64,000 nucleotides of DNA. Origin: Syntrophomonadaceae bacterium. Lineage in GTDB: Bacteria > Bacteroidota > Ignavibacteria > Ignavibacteriales > SURF-24. Location of the stretch: NCBI GenBank assembly GCA_050259615.1, contig JBLNAZ010000020.1, positions 1,513-65,512 on the forward strand, read 5' to 3'. Positions 10,413 through 19,873 of the stretch are shown here, in pieces. The stretch's first letter is position 1. Each line of letters opens with the position of its first letter. The position numbers were made by a program, and so were the translations under genes. Below the pieces are notes generated by a model. It saw nothing but the letters and a program-made list of their open reading frames with translations. It was not told where the DNA came from and did no database searches.

Positions 10413-11156
10413 CTATGTGGAGCTGACGCCTTCGCTGTTTAAGGCCAGCTTTTCGGATAGGACTTTTAAGAGCATTGGCTCAGATTTAGTTATATAAAAA
10501 TGATCGCCGGGCAGAAGATTCAATTCAAACGAAGAATTTGTCATCTCTGCCCAGCTTTCAAGCTCATCCAGACGTATACCGTCATCAGCCAGTCCGCCGA
10601 AAGCCGTAATAGGACATTCGGCCCTCAGGCCCGGCTTATACATATATGTTTCGCACACAGAAAAGTCAGCCCTCAGAATCGGCATCATGAGTTCCATCAA
10701 TTCCCTGTTGTTCAGAACCTCCTCGGGCATTCCGTTCATTTCCTTTAGTTTTTTAATAAATTCACCCTCGGGCAGTTTATGCATAACAGGTTCTCTTTTA
10801 TGCACGTTCGGAGCCGGATGCGCCGAGACAAAAATGTGTTCGGGTTCAGGCAGAATATTTTTCCTTAACGCATGCGCCATTTCAAAGGCTATTAGTGCCC
10901 CCATGCTGTGACCGAAAAAACAATACGGCTTATCGAGGTAAGGCAGAATTGGATTCATCAGCTCATTAATCAGTTCCGGAAGCCTGTAGCAAAGCCTTTC
11001 AGTATAGCGCCTTCCCCTGCCGGGAAGTTCAACCGCTACAACCTCAACATGCTGACAAAGGGATGCCTGCCATCTTCTGAAGATGTGCGAGCTTCCGCCG
11101 GCATATGGAAAACAGATTAGCCTTTTGCTCGCGTGGTGCTCTCCGTTAAAATACAT
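10413..11156 (-). CDS. type II thioesterase (alpha/beta hydrolase, GrsT/SrfAD-like)
   Basis: Contains LICFPYAGGSSHIFRRW and the GHSMGALIAFEMA nucleophile elbow. The ATG at 11156 is preceded by GGAGG. The track start at 11180 is a GTG. Confidence 0.75.
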   Translation of the reverse strand: MYFNGEHHASKRLICFPYAGGSSHIFRRWQASLCQHVEVVAVELPGRGRRYTERLCYRLPELINELMNPILPYLDKPYCFFGHSMGALIAFEMAHALRKNILPEPEHIFVSAHPAPNVHKREPVMHKLPEGEFIKKLKEMNGMPEEVLNNRELMELMMPILRADFSVCETYMYKPGLRAECPITAFGGLADDGIRLDELESWAEMTNSSFELNLLPGDHFYITKSEPMLLKVLSEKLALNSEGVSST

Positions 11157-11436
11157 TTCCCCTCCCTTATTTATATTCACTATTTGGAGCTTTATGGAAA
11201 TCTTTTATTATTACTGTAATGCCGTAACACAAAAACCCTGGAAAAGCCTTAAAGAAGGTCATCTGTTTAAAAAATTCAATTTTCACATTATATAAAACTA
11301 TAATGAACCAGCGGCTGCATAAATCAATAAACGGTTCTTAAAAACAATCTGCGGTAGTTCTGAAAAGGTATCATTTCACTTGCCCTAATAAATAATATAT
11401 TCTTATTACAAATAAATTCAACAGGAGAATTTATAA

Positions 11437-12582
11437 ATGAAAAATATTACAGTGCTTGGCGCCGGTATGGTCGGAAGCGCAATGGCAAAAGACCTCGCAA
11501 AAAAATACAAGGTTACTTCAGTCGACCTTTTTGAAGAACATCTCTTAGCGCTTGAACTCTTAGGCATCCGTACCATTGCCGCAGACCTGAGGGATACGGA
11601 AGAAGTAAAGAAAGTGATAAAGACTGCCGACCTGGTAATTGGCGCTGTGCCGGGCTTTATGGGCTTTGAGACTCTTAAGGCCGTTATTTCCGCTGGTAAA
11701 AACTCCGTTGATATTTCTTTTTTCAATGAGGACCCATTTCTTCTGGATTCGCTTGCAAAGGACAATAACGTAACTGCTGTTATCGACTGCGGCGTGGCGC
11801 CCGGCATGGGGAATATCATACTGGGGCATTATGCTTCAAAATATAATGTTGAAAGCTATAAGTGCATGGTAGGAGGCCTGCCTTCTGAAAGAACATTCCC
11901 CTATCAGTACAAGGCCCCTTTCTCTCCTATCGATGTCATTGAGGAATATATGCGCCCTTCAAGAATTGTTGAAGGCGGGAAAGTAATTGTAAAGGAAGCC
12001 CTTTCGGAACCTGAATACGTGGACATAAAAGGCATCGGCACTCTTGAAGCATTTAATACCGACGGCCTGCGCACCCTTATAAGAACAATGAACGTTCCCA
12101 ATATGCTGGAGAAAACCCTTCGGTATCCGGGGCATCTTGAAGTTGTTAGAGCCTTAAGGGATACGGGATTTTTCAGCAGCGATTTTATCGATTTAGGCAG
12201 CCATAAGGTAAGACCTGTTGACCTCACCACCAGGCTTCTTTTTCCATTATGGAAACAGGTGCCCGGAGAAAAAGAATTTACAGTAATGCAGATTCTTATT
12301 TCGGCAGTTACACCCGAAGGTAAACTGGAAATTACTTCTTCACTTTATGATGAGGGCAACCTGCAGGAAAAACTTTCCTCCATGGCACGCACTACCGGTT
12401 ATACCTGCACGGCTGCAGCAGAGCTCATCCTTCAGGAGGATATTACTGCAATAGGAATAATACCGCCTGAGGCTCTTGGAAAGGAGGAGAGGATATATTC
12501 CAAAATTTTGCAGTACCTTGAAAAAAGAAATGTGCATTACCAATTTAATGAACACCGGGTGACCACGGGCATTGCGCTCTAG
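11437..12582 (+). CDS. saccharopine dehydrogenase family NAD(P)-binding oxidoreductase
   Basis: 381 aa. Starts ITVLGAGMVGSAMAKDL (Rossmann), then DCGVAPGMGN and a C-terminal region typical of Sacchrp_dh proteins. Confidence 0.65.
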   Translation: MKNITVLGAGMVGSAMAKDLAKKYKVTSVDLFEEHLLALELLGIRTIAADLRDTEEVKKVIKTADLVIGAVPGFMGFETLKAVISAGKNSVDISFFNEDPFLLDSLAKDNNVTAVIDCGVAPGMGNIILGHYASKYNVESYKCMVGGLPSERTFPYQYKAPFSPIDVIEEYMRPSRIVEGGKVIVKEALSEPEYVDIKGIGTLEAFNTDGLRTLIRTMNVPNMLEKTLRYPGHLEVVRALRDTGFFSSDFIDLGSHKVRPVDLTTRLLFPLWKQVPGEKEFTVMQILISAVTPEGKLEITSSLYDEGNLQEKLSSMARTTGYTCTAAAELILQEDITAIGIIPPEALGKEERIYSKILQYLEKRNVHYQFNEHRVTTGIAL

Positions 12583-12818
12583 CCTTATTCCGGTATCTGC
12601 CTAAATGACTTGACTATTTTTAGAAAAAACAGGATTCTGTATTGCGCTAGTCAGAGCTTTTTATTAAACTGATTGAGGAATGGGGGTTTAAGCTGTGAAG
12701 CCTTTTGCAAATTCAGCCCCCGGCTTACGGAAAAGAGGGCAAAGCCGCAAGTTTTCTGCTTCCTTAAATACTGCTCTTTATATGCTGATTATAATAATTA
12801 AATATAAGAGGTATATTT

Positions 12819-13292
12819 ATGGTTACCAGCAAGGTGAAAGAGTTTTTGGAAAGGACGGATATTCACTACAGAAACATTAATCATCCCCTGGCATTTACAG
12901 CCCAGGAAACCGCAGCCTCAATTCACATCAAGGGAAAGGAATTTGCCAAGACGGTCATGATCAGAATTGACGGCCAGCTTGCAATGGCCGTGCTCCCGGC
13001 CTCCCAAAAGATCGATTTCGAACTGCTTAAAAGCATTCTGGACGCCCATGAAGTGAAACTCTGTACGGAAACGGAATTCAGGAATAAATTCCCCGACTGC
13101 GAGGCTGGAGCCATGCCGCCTTTCGGAAAACTGTACGACATGGATGTTTATATGGCTAAAAGCCTTCTGAACAACAAGGAAATTTTCTTTAACGCCGGCA
13201 GCCATACAGACGCAATTGAACTGACAATGGATGAGTTTAACCGTATTGTAAATCCTATTATACTGGATTTCAGTAAAAAGATAAAAGTCTAA
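12819..13292 (+). CDS. YbaK/EbsC-type aminoacyl-tRNA deacylase domain protein
   Basis: 157 aa. Contains INHPLAFTAQETAASIHIKGKEFAKTVMIRIDGQLAMAVLPAS and AMPPFG, typical of the YbaK/ProX editing domain. Confidence 0.65.
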   Translation: MVTSKVKEFLERTDIHYRNINHPLAFTAQETAASIHIKGKEFAKTVMIRIDGQLAMAVLPASQKIDFELLKSILDAHEVKLCTETEFRNKFPDCEAGAMPPFGKLYDMDVYMAKSLLNNKEIFFNAGSHTDAIELTMDEFNRIVNPIILDFSKKIKV

Positions 13293-13342
13293 AGAAAAGG
13301 ATTAAAGCGGAAAAGAAACTTTACTGTTATTAAATTCCTCAT

Positions 13343-13369
13343 TTTCCCCTCTGAAACTGGAGGGGAAAA
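13343..13369. other. perfect 10-bp hairpin (TTTTCCCCTC/GAGGGGAAAA) downstream of the ybaK-like gene
   Basis: Inverted repeat read directly from the sequence. No clear U-tract on either strand, so a terminator role is uncertain. Confidence 0.35.
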
Positions 13370-13405
13370 CTCCGGCTTCTGGAAAAATTAAAAACCGGTC
13401 AAGCC

Positions 13406-14689
13406 ATGCTAGTCTTAATTTTCATATTAATGCTTCTTGCTGCCCCTTCAAATGCACAGCCCGGAAAGGTTTATCTTATTTCAATTGACGGGGCGATAAC
13501 TCAGGTAACAGAAGAATACCTGAGCCTGGGCATTTCGAAAGCCGCCGAAAACGTGGCCGAATGCCTCATAGTAAAGCTTAATACGCCCGGTGGTCTCCTT
13601 TCTTCCACGCGCGATATGGTCTCGGAAATTCTCAGATCACCCGTTCCCGTAATCGTCTACGTAACTCCTGAAGGAGCCCAGGCTGCCTCGGCAGGCGTAT
13701 TTATAACGCTTTCAGCACACATTGCAATTATGTCGCCCGGCACTAACATAGGGGCTGCACATCCTGTGATGCTCCAGGGACAGGCGGATTCTGTGATGCT
13801 TGCAAAAGCCACAAACGATGCGGCGGCATTCATAAGGACTATAAGCGAAAAGAGAAACAGGAACATTCAGTGGGCTGAAGATGCTGTGCGTAAGAGCCTT
13901 TCTATTACTGAAACAGAGGCTCTGAAGACTAAGGTAATAGACCTCATTGCAAAGGACACACGGGACCTGCTGCAAAAGGTTAACGGAATGAAAGTCCAGA
14001 CCTCTGCGGGAGAAAAGCTTCTTAAAACAAAAGACGTAAGGCTGGTAAACGTTGAAATGACATTCCAGCAGAAGCTGCTGAAAGTCCTGAGCGATCCTAA
14101 TATTGCATATATACTGCTTATACTCGGCATGTACGGTATTATGTTTGAGCTCTACAATCCGGGCTCTATATTCCCCGGAGTAATCGGGGCCATAAGCCTC
14201 ATACTTGCCTTCTATGCAATGCACACGCTTCCAATTAACTACGCAGGTATATTCTTAATCATCCTCTCGGTCATTTTATTTATACTGGAAATCAAAATTA
14301 TAAGCCACGGACTTCTGACAATTGGGGGAGCCGTTTCGCTCTTCCTGGGTTCCATGATGCTGTTTCAGACAAGCTCTTTTCTGGAGGTCTTAATGCTTTC
14401 AAAAGAGATAGTAATCGCCATCGTGTTGATGACTGTTGTTTTCTTCCTCTTTGTAATCGGTATGGGAATAAGGGCACAGAAACTTAAAACTTCAACAGGA
14501 GTCCAGGGAATAATCGGGGAGGCCGGAGTTGCAATTTCGACATTGTCCCCCGCCGGGCAGATACACGTGCATGGAGAAATCTGGTCGGCTGAAAGCCTGG
14601 AAGGAGGTATAGAAAAGGGTGAAAGGGTTATTGTTGAACAGGTCGACGGGATGAATCTGAAAGTAAGGAAAGAGAATCACGACATATAA
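13406..14689 (+). CDS. nfeD: NfeD-family membrane-bound ClpP-class serine protease
   Basis: 427 aa. Has a signal peptide, a ClpP-like N-domain (LNTPGGLLSSTRDMV...GAQAASAGVFI), several TM helices and a C-terminal NfeD OB-fold (GQIHVHGEIWSAES). It is followed by a stomatin gene. Confidence 0.85.
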   Translation: MLVLIFILMLLAAPSNAQPGKVYLISIDGAITQVTEEYLSLGISKAAENVAECLIVKLNTPGGLLSSTRDMVSEILRSPVPVIVYVTPEGAQAASAGVFITLSAHIAIMSPGTNIGAAHPVMLQGQADSVMLAKATNDAAAFIRTISEKRNRNIQWAEDAVRKSLSITETEALKTKVIDLIAKDTRDLLQKVNGMKVQTSAGEKLLKTKDVRLVNVEMTFQQKLLKVLSDPNIAYILLILGMYGIMFELYNPGSIFPGVIGAISLILAFYAMHTLPINYAGIFLIILSVILFILEIKIISHGLLTIGGAVSLFLGSMMLFQTSSFLEVLMLSKEIVIAIVLMTVVFFLFVIGMGIRAQKLKTSTGVQGIIGEAGVAISTLSPAGQIHVHGEIWSAESLEGGIEKGERVIVEQVDGMNLKVRKENHDI

Positions 14690-14723
14690 ATGAGCAAAAG
14701 TATTAACAACAACAGGAGGTTTT

Positions 14724-15500
14724 ATGGAAACCGCATCTGCATTACTGACGGTACTGGTTTTCTTTTTACTGATTATTCTTTTTAGTGCAATCAGAATACT
14801 GCGTGAGTATGAACGCGCAGTGGTCTTCCGTCTTGGCCGCCTGATCGGAAGTAAAGGTCCCGGACTTGTTCTTCTCATTCCGGTAGTCGACCGCATGGTA
14901 AGGGTAAGCCTTAGAACTGTGGTTTTTGACGTACCGGAGCAGGATATAATTACTAAAGACAACGTTTCACTTAAGGTAAACGCAGTTGTATATTTCCGCG
15001 TATTTCACCCCGAAAAAGCTATTGTGGAAGTGGAGAATTATTTCCAGGCAACGTCACAGCTTTCGCAGACAACCCTAAGATGCATTTTAGGGCAGTCGCT
15101 GCTAGATGAACTGCTTGCAGAAAGAGAAAAGATCAATGCAGAACTGCAGAAAGTAATTGATGCACAGGCATCCCCATGGGGAATAAAAGTCTCGAACGTG
15201 GAAGTAAAGCATGTGGACCTGCCCATTGAGATGAAGCGTGCAATGGCAAAGCAGGCTGAGGCCGAGCGTGAAAGGAGAGCCAAGATAATTCACGCCGACG
15301 GGGAATTTCAGGCAAGCCAAAAACTTTATGATGCTGCAACAATCATAGGCATGAATCCTGTGGCAGTGCAGTTAAGATTTCTGCAGACATTGACAGAAAT
15401 AGCCACAGAAAAGAATTCAACAACAATATTCCCTGTTCCAATAGACCTGTTGACCCCATTTCTGCAAAACCACACCAGGCACGACCATGAAGTGATGTAG
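14724..15500 (+). CDS. SPFH/band-7 (stomatin-like) protein
   Basis: 258 aa. N-terminal TM helix, then [30 protein letters not shown] and [14 protein letters not shown] lies upstream of the ATG. Confidence 0.9.
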   Translation: METASALLTVLVFFLLIILFSAIRILREYERAVVFRLGRLIGSKGPGLVLLIPVVDRMVRVSLRTVVFDVPEQDIITKDNVSLKVNAVVYFRVFHPEKAIVEVENYFQATSQLSQTTLRCILGQSLLDELLAEREKINAELQKVIDAQASPWGIKVSNVEVKHVDLPIEMKRAMAKQAEAERERRAKIIHADGEFQASQKLYDAATIIGMNPVAVQLRFLQTLTEIATEKNSTTIFPVPIDLLTPFLQNHTRHDHEVM

Positions 15501-15527
15501 GAGAACAGGCGTCTTACTTTTCATCAA

Positions 15528-15561
15528 AAAGGCGTCAGAAAATGTTTCCTGGCGCCTTTTC
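15528..15561. terminator. bidirectional intrinsic terminator between convergent genes
   Basis: AAAGGCGTCAG-loop-CTGGCGCCTTT (11 bp, one G-U), flanked by an A-run on the 5' side and a T-run on the 3' side. Confidence 0.65.
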
Positions 15562-15573
15562 CGGACGGAATAT

Positions 15574-16395
15574 TTATTTTAATTCTTTCAGCCATTCCGA
15601 GGCAAATTTGCGGCCAGCCTCTGTGGTCTGTCTGCCCGCCCTGAAGCAGAGCTTCCAGAGGTCGGGTTTGTTTTCGTAATCAGCATTTACAAAGCGCTTT
15701 TTACCCGATCCGTCTTCGCTTACCTGGGCATCAAAATTCACGTCAGAAGAAATCTTTAAGAACTCCTCGAGCCATCTTCTTATCATCATATCCGGCTCCT
15801 TGGGGTAATCTTTCTCCCACTCTTGAAGCTTTTCTTTATACTCCTGCATTTCAGCTTCGTAACCCTGCTTCATATACTGCTCCGTCTCGGCGCTGTAGGT
15901 AATATTTTGCTGCTTTTGGATTTCAGCCATCTGCAGTTTTAATGCCTCAATCAGCTTCTCAAATTCGGCCTTTTGCGAAGCTGGCATGTTTGCCTTTGCC
16001 TTTTCCATGTCCTGCAGGCTTTTTTTCATCTGCTCTTTTTCTTTGGTTTTCATCTCTTCCATTGATTCAGGAGCCTCTGGGGCCTTAGGCTTGCTGGCTT
16101 CACGATGCTCCAGATAACGGCTCCTGAAGTCGCCCGATTTTGTGTAAAGCTTCACAAATTCACCAACGGCTTTAACAATCAGGGGGCGTTCGTTTAAGGG
16201 AGTAGCTTTCAGCTCGCCCGGCAGGGGATAACTGAAGTAACAGCCCGAACAGTCATTCCAGGCATACTCTTTTGCATCTTCACTCGTCATTTGAAGTTTC
16301 TGAAGTACTGACTCAATAGTATGACTTGCAAGAATGAATGCTGAAAAGCAAAATAAAAGAAAAAGGATGGGAATAATAAGGTATTTTTTCTTCAT
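15574..16395 (-). CDS. hypothetical secreted/membrane-anchored protein with Lys/Glu-rich coiled-coil centre
   Basis: 273 aa. Hydrophobic N-terminal signal/anchor. No recognisable catalytic motif. Confidence 0.7.
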   Translation of the reverse strand: MKKKYLIIPILFLLFCFSAFILASHTIESVLQKLQMTSEDAKEYAWNDCSGCYFSYPLPGELKATPLNERPLIVKAVGEFVKLYTKSGDFRSRYLEHREASKPKAPEAPESMEEMKTKEKEQMKKSLQDMEKAKANMPASQKAEFEKLIEALKLQMAEIQKQQNITYSAETEQYMKQGYEAEMQEYKEKLQEWEKDYPKEPDMMIRRWLEEFLKISSDVNFDAQVSEDGSGKKRFVNADYENKPDLWKLCFRAGRQTTEAGRKFASEWLKELK

Positions 16396-16531
16396 GAATT
16401 GACCCCGGTAATTTGTTTCGGGGAAATATAGGGTGAGAAGAAATGAAAAGCAAGCCAGGGGTGCCGTTAAGCAGCTTGCGGCACCCCTGCATAGTAATCA
16501 CCTTTAGTTAAAATTCTGCTGAACAGTTAAA

Positions 16532-17506
16532 TTAATTTTTCTCCTTTTCCATCAGATAATCACCTACTCTTCCAAACTTTCTTTCGTGTTTGATACCTTC
16601 ACTCTCCCCGTAAGGGTGGCCGCCGAAACCGTGGCGCATCATGGCAATGGCACGCGCCCAGTTATTCTGGCTGTCGCGCGATGCAAAAAGTCGCATTACA
16701 GACTGGCTTATTACAGGTATTGGAACTTCCATATGCATGGCATCACCTACAAGCCAGTTTACCTCGCCTGTATCTTCTATATATGGAGGGACAGACTCCA
16801 TGCCGTCAAGATCTTTGTATGTTTCTTCCATCAGTTCAACAAGCCACGACCTGATAACTGAACCATGGTTCCAGGCGTGAAGAATATCCTTTATGTTAAG
16901 TTTAGCCCTGTATCTTTCCAGCATGTCCATGCCTTCACCAATTGCCTCCAGCATTCCGAATTCAATTCCGTTATGGACAAGCTTCACAAAGTGCCCCGAA
17001 CCCGAAGGTCCCGTGTGCACAAAACCCTCAGGCACGGCCAGGTCCTTCAGGATAGGAGCAATTAAATTAACCGGCTCGGTTTCGCCCCCAACCATAAAGC
17101 ACGCACCATCTCTTGCTCCTGAAACGCCGCCGCTTGTACCGCAGTCAATAAAATAAAGCCCCTTGTCCTTCATTCTTCCGGCACGCCTTATCGAGTCCCC
17201 CCAGTATGAGTTGCCGCCGTCTATAATAATGTCGCCCTTGGCCATAACTGCCGAAAGTTCATCTATTACTGTGTCAACCGCTTTTCCGGCCGGGATATAA
17301 AGAAATACAACGCGTGGCCTTTCAAGACTTTCAATCAGTTCTTTTACGTCTTTTACCTTCTGCAAAGCCGACTGCCTCAGCTCCTGTGACAGTTCTGACT
17401 TATCCACACCAGCAACCCTGTAGCCTTTTCCCATAGCCTGAAGTGCCAGGTTGCCGCCCATCTTCCCGAGTCCGATTATTCCGAACATTCTTTTTTTATT
17501 GTCCAT
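16532..17506 (-). CDS. gnd: 6-phosphogluconate dehydrogenase, short (YqeC/Gnd-like) form
   Basis: 324 aa. Contains MFGIIGLGKMGGNLALQ, GGNSYW and HFVKLVHNGIEFGMLEAIGEG. Confidence 0.8.
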   Translation of the reverse strand: MDNKKRMFGIIGLGKMGGNLALQAMGKGYRVAGVDKSELSQELRQSALQKVKDVKELIESLERPRVVFLYIPAGKAVDTVIDELSAVMAKGDIIIDGGNSYWGDSIRRAGRMKDKGLYFIDCGTSGGVSGARDGACFMVGGETEPVNLIAPILKDLAVPEGFVHTGPSGSGHFVKLVHNGIEFGMLEAIGEGMDMLERYRAKLNIKDILHAWNHGSVIRSWLVELMEETYKDLDGMESVPPYIEDTGEVNWLVGDAMHMEVPIPVISQSVMRLFASRDSQNNWARAIAMMRHGFGGHPYGESEGIKHERKFGRVGDYLMEKEKN

Positions 17507-17521
17507 TAGAATTCTCCTTTT

Positions 17522-18172
17522 TTATATTTTCCTCAAAACCGCTCTTGCCGGGGCCCCGTCTGATCCGATCAGCCTCAGAGGCAGGCAGATCATTTCGTAG
17601 CTTCCTTCTGGTATATCTTTAAGATAAAGGCCTTCAATTATCCAGATCCCTTTTCCAAGGAGCGTCCTGTGCACGTCTTCATCTTCCTTATAAGTGCCTA
17701 TGGAAAGAAAATCAATACCCACAAGCTGCACTTCCCTTTCGGCAAGGTATTCAGCTGCACGGGCTGAAAGGCCCGTATAGCCGGTGCTGAAGTCCATGTT
17801 GAACCACTCCTTATCTGAGTTAGCAGTCTTAAAGAGCACACGGGCGCCCTGTCTGATGTCCGAATCTCTGATATCCTGTAAATCCACGCACTTAGGATTT
17901 TTCACATCTATTACCAGCGCCGGTCCTATCAGCACATCAAACGGGACCTGTGAAATATCTTTCCCGTCGTTAATGAAGTGGTAAGGGGCATCCATGTGGG
18001 TTCCCGTATGAGCACTCATGGAAAGTCCCGAAACGTTGGCATCTTTTCCTTCGCTGATGCTTGCAATCTTATAGATCAAAACATCGGGCTCTCCGGGCCA
18101 GTGCTGCATTCCGCTGCGGACCGGGGCGCTGACTTCAAGCCACGGACTGTTTGAAGTGCGTTGATTATTCAT
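17522..18172 (-). CDS. cyclase-family protein / kynurenine formamidase-like
   Basis: 216 aa. SAHTGTHMDAPYHF metal-binding motif, and length typical of the family. Confidence 0.72.
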   Translation of the reverse strand: MNNQRTSNSPWLEVSAPVRSGMQHWPGEPDVLIYKIASISEGKDANVSGLSMSAHTGTHMDAPYHFINDGKDISQVPFDVLIGPALVIDVKNPKCVDLQDIRDSDIRQGARVLFKTANSDKEWFNMDFSTGYTGLSARAAEYLAEREVQLVGIDFLSIGTYKEDEDVHRTLLGKGIWIIEGLYLKDIPEGSYEMICLPLRLIGSDGAPARAVLRKI

Positions 18173-18408
18173 GCTCTGCTTCCCTTATAGTTTTAGAATT
18201 TTGTTGCAGCATGAGAGTTCACCTATTATCTATAGAAAAAACTCGGCCCAAGAAAATCAAGGCATTAAGCCGATTCTGAAGCTGAAGCACCCTGGTTTTA
18301 ACCGGGGTAATAAAATTTCCATCAATTGAATTAGGGCCGATAATTTATTAATAATCACTAAGTGAAGTTTTATGAGATTATATTTTTGATCAAATTTAAG
18401 GGACGGAA

Positions 18409-19779
18409 ATGAAGAAGCATTCAGAGCCAAAGGGTCAGTCTGAGTCAAAAGGTCAGACTGAAACAAAAGAAATAAGAGAAACTAAAAATAAAGTAAGGAC
18501 CGATGATCTCTTTACAAAAAGAACAGAAATAATACAGAATTTTAAGTCGGTGCGTTATTTTACCTGTACTCTCTGCAATCCGCTTAAAATTGAGGACTAC
18601 GTGGTACAGTCTATGCCGGATGTAAGCCCCGCCAAGTGGCATCTGGCTCACACGAGCTGGTTTTTTGAAAACTTTATATTAAATAAGGTTAATAAAGATT
18701 ACAGCTTTTTCAATCCCATATACAACTATCTTTTCAACAGCTATTATGTCCAGGTCGGGAAATTCTTTGCGCGTCCAATGCGCGGACTCATATCGCGCCC
18801 CACAGTTTCTGAGGTATGCGACTACAGAAAATACGTTGACGACCACATGCTGGAGTTTCTTGACAGTGCTTCGGATGAAGAATTTGACGCCATTGCTCCT
18901 GTAATTGAGCTGGGACTTAATCACGAGCAGCAGCACCAGGAGCTTATACTTACAGATATAAAGCACGTATTTTCTATTAATCCCCTTTACCCGGTTTACA
19001 GTACCGCAAAGGAGGCCCAGATTGTGCATATACCTCCGATGGAATGGATCAGCTTTGATGAGGGAATTTACCGCATCGGGCATGAGGGAAAGAGTTTCGC
19101 TTTCGATAACGAAATGCCCGTTCATAATGTTTATCTGGAACCATACAGGCTTGCATCGCGACTTGTAACAAACGGGGAATACCTCGATTTTATTGAAGCC
19201 GGCGGCTACAGGCACCCGGAACTCTGGCTTTCAGACGGATGGATGCTTGCAGCAAAGGAGAACTGGCTGGCACCTCTTTACTGGCAAAGAAAAGACGGTG
19301 AATGGTTCAACTTTACGCTCGGCGGATTACTCAGGATGAATCCCTCGGAACCAGTCTGCCACGTCAGCTTCTATGAGGCAGATGCTTATGCGCGCTGGGC
19401 CGGATTCCGCCTCCCGAGAGAAGAGGAATGGGAAGCTGCATCATCGGACCACCCGATTGACGGTAATTTCGTTGAGAACGGACGCTTCCATCCCGACCCC
19501 TTAATGCACAGCATTACTTCACCCATTCTTCATCAGATGTACGGCGATGTATGGGAATGGACTTCCAGCCCTTATTCGGCTTATCCCGGGTTCAGGACAC
19601 TTCAGGGTGCCCTGGGCGAATACAACGGGAAATTCATGTCGAACCAGATGGTCCTCAGAGGAGGTTCATGTGCAACCAGCCTCTGGCATATTAGAAGAAC
19701 TTATAGAAATTTTTTCCATCCTGAAAGCAGATGGCAGTTTACAGGAATACGCCTTGCCAAGGGGGCACCTGTTATCTGA
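18409..19779 (+). CDS. egtB: ergothioneine biosynthesis sulfoxide synthase EgtB (DinB_2 + FGE-sulfatase domains)
   Basis: 456 aa. Contains AKWHLAHTSWFFENF, ELGLNHEQQHQELILTDIKH, VSFYEADAYARWAG, GDVWEWT and RGGSCAT. Confidence 0.85.
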   Translation: MKKHSEPKGQSESKGQTETKEIRETKNKVRTDDLFTKRTEIIQNFKSVRYFTCTLCNPLKIEDYVVQSMPDVSPAKWHLAHTSWFFENFILNKVNKDYSFFNPIYNYLFNSYYVQVGKFFARPMRGLISRPTVSEVCDYRKYVDDHMLEFLDSASDEEFDAIAPVIELGLNHEQQHQELILTDIKHVFSINPLYPVYSTAKEAQIVHIPPMEWISFDEGIYRIGHEGKSFAFDNEMPVHNVYLEPYRLASRLVTNGEYLDFIEAGGYRHPELWLSDGWMLAAKENWLAPLYWQRKDGEWFNFTLGGLLRMNPSEPVCHVSFYEADAYARWAGFRLPREEEWEAASSDHPIDGNFVENGRFHPDPLMHSITSPILHQMYGDVWEWTSSPYSAYPGFRTLQGALGEYNGKFMSNQMVLRGGSCATSLWHIRRTYRNFFHPESRWQFTGIRLAKGAPVI

Positions 19780-19873
19780 AGAAAAACTTTGTTTGCGGTT
19801 TTGCCGATGGTCACGATCCGATTGTTGTGCAGCTAAGTATATTTCTATTATAATTAACCGGAGGAAAGACTCT

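Noticed and set aside
12695-12880. 61-aa plus-strand ORF overlapping the ybaK-like start
   Set aside because: It has no SD and a basic low-complexity translation. It overlaps a better-supported gene in another frame.
19547-19873. 109-codon upstream extension of the egtD track ORF
   Set aside because: It overlaps the egtB 3' end in another frame. The conserved EgtD sequence begins at the ATG at 19874, which has a GGAGG SD.
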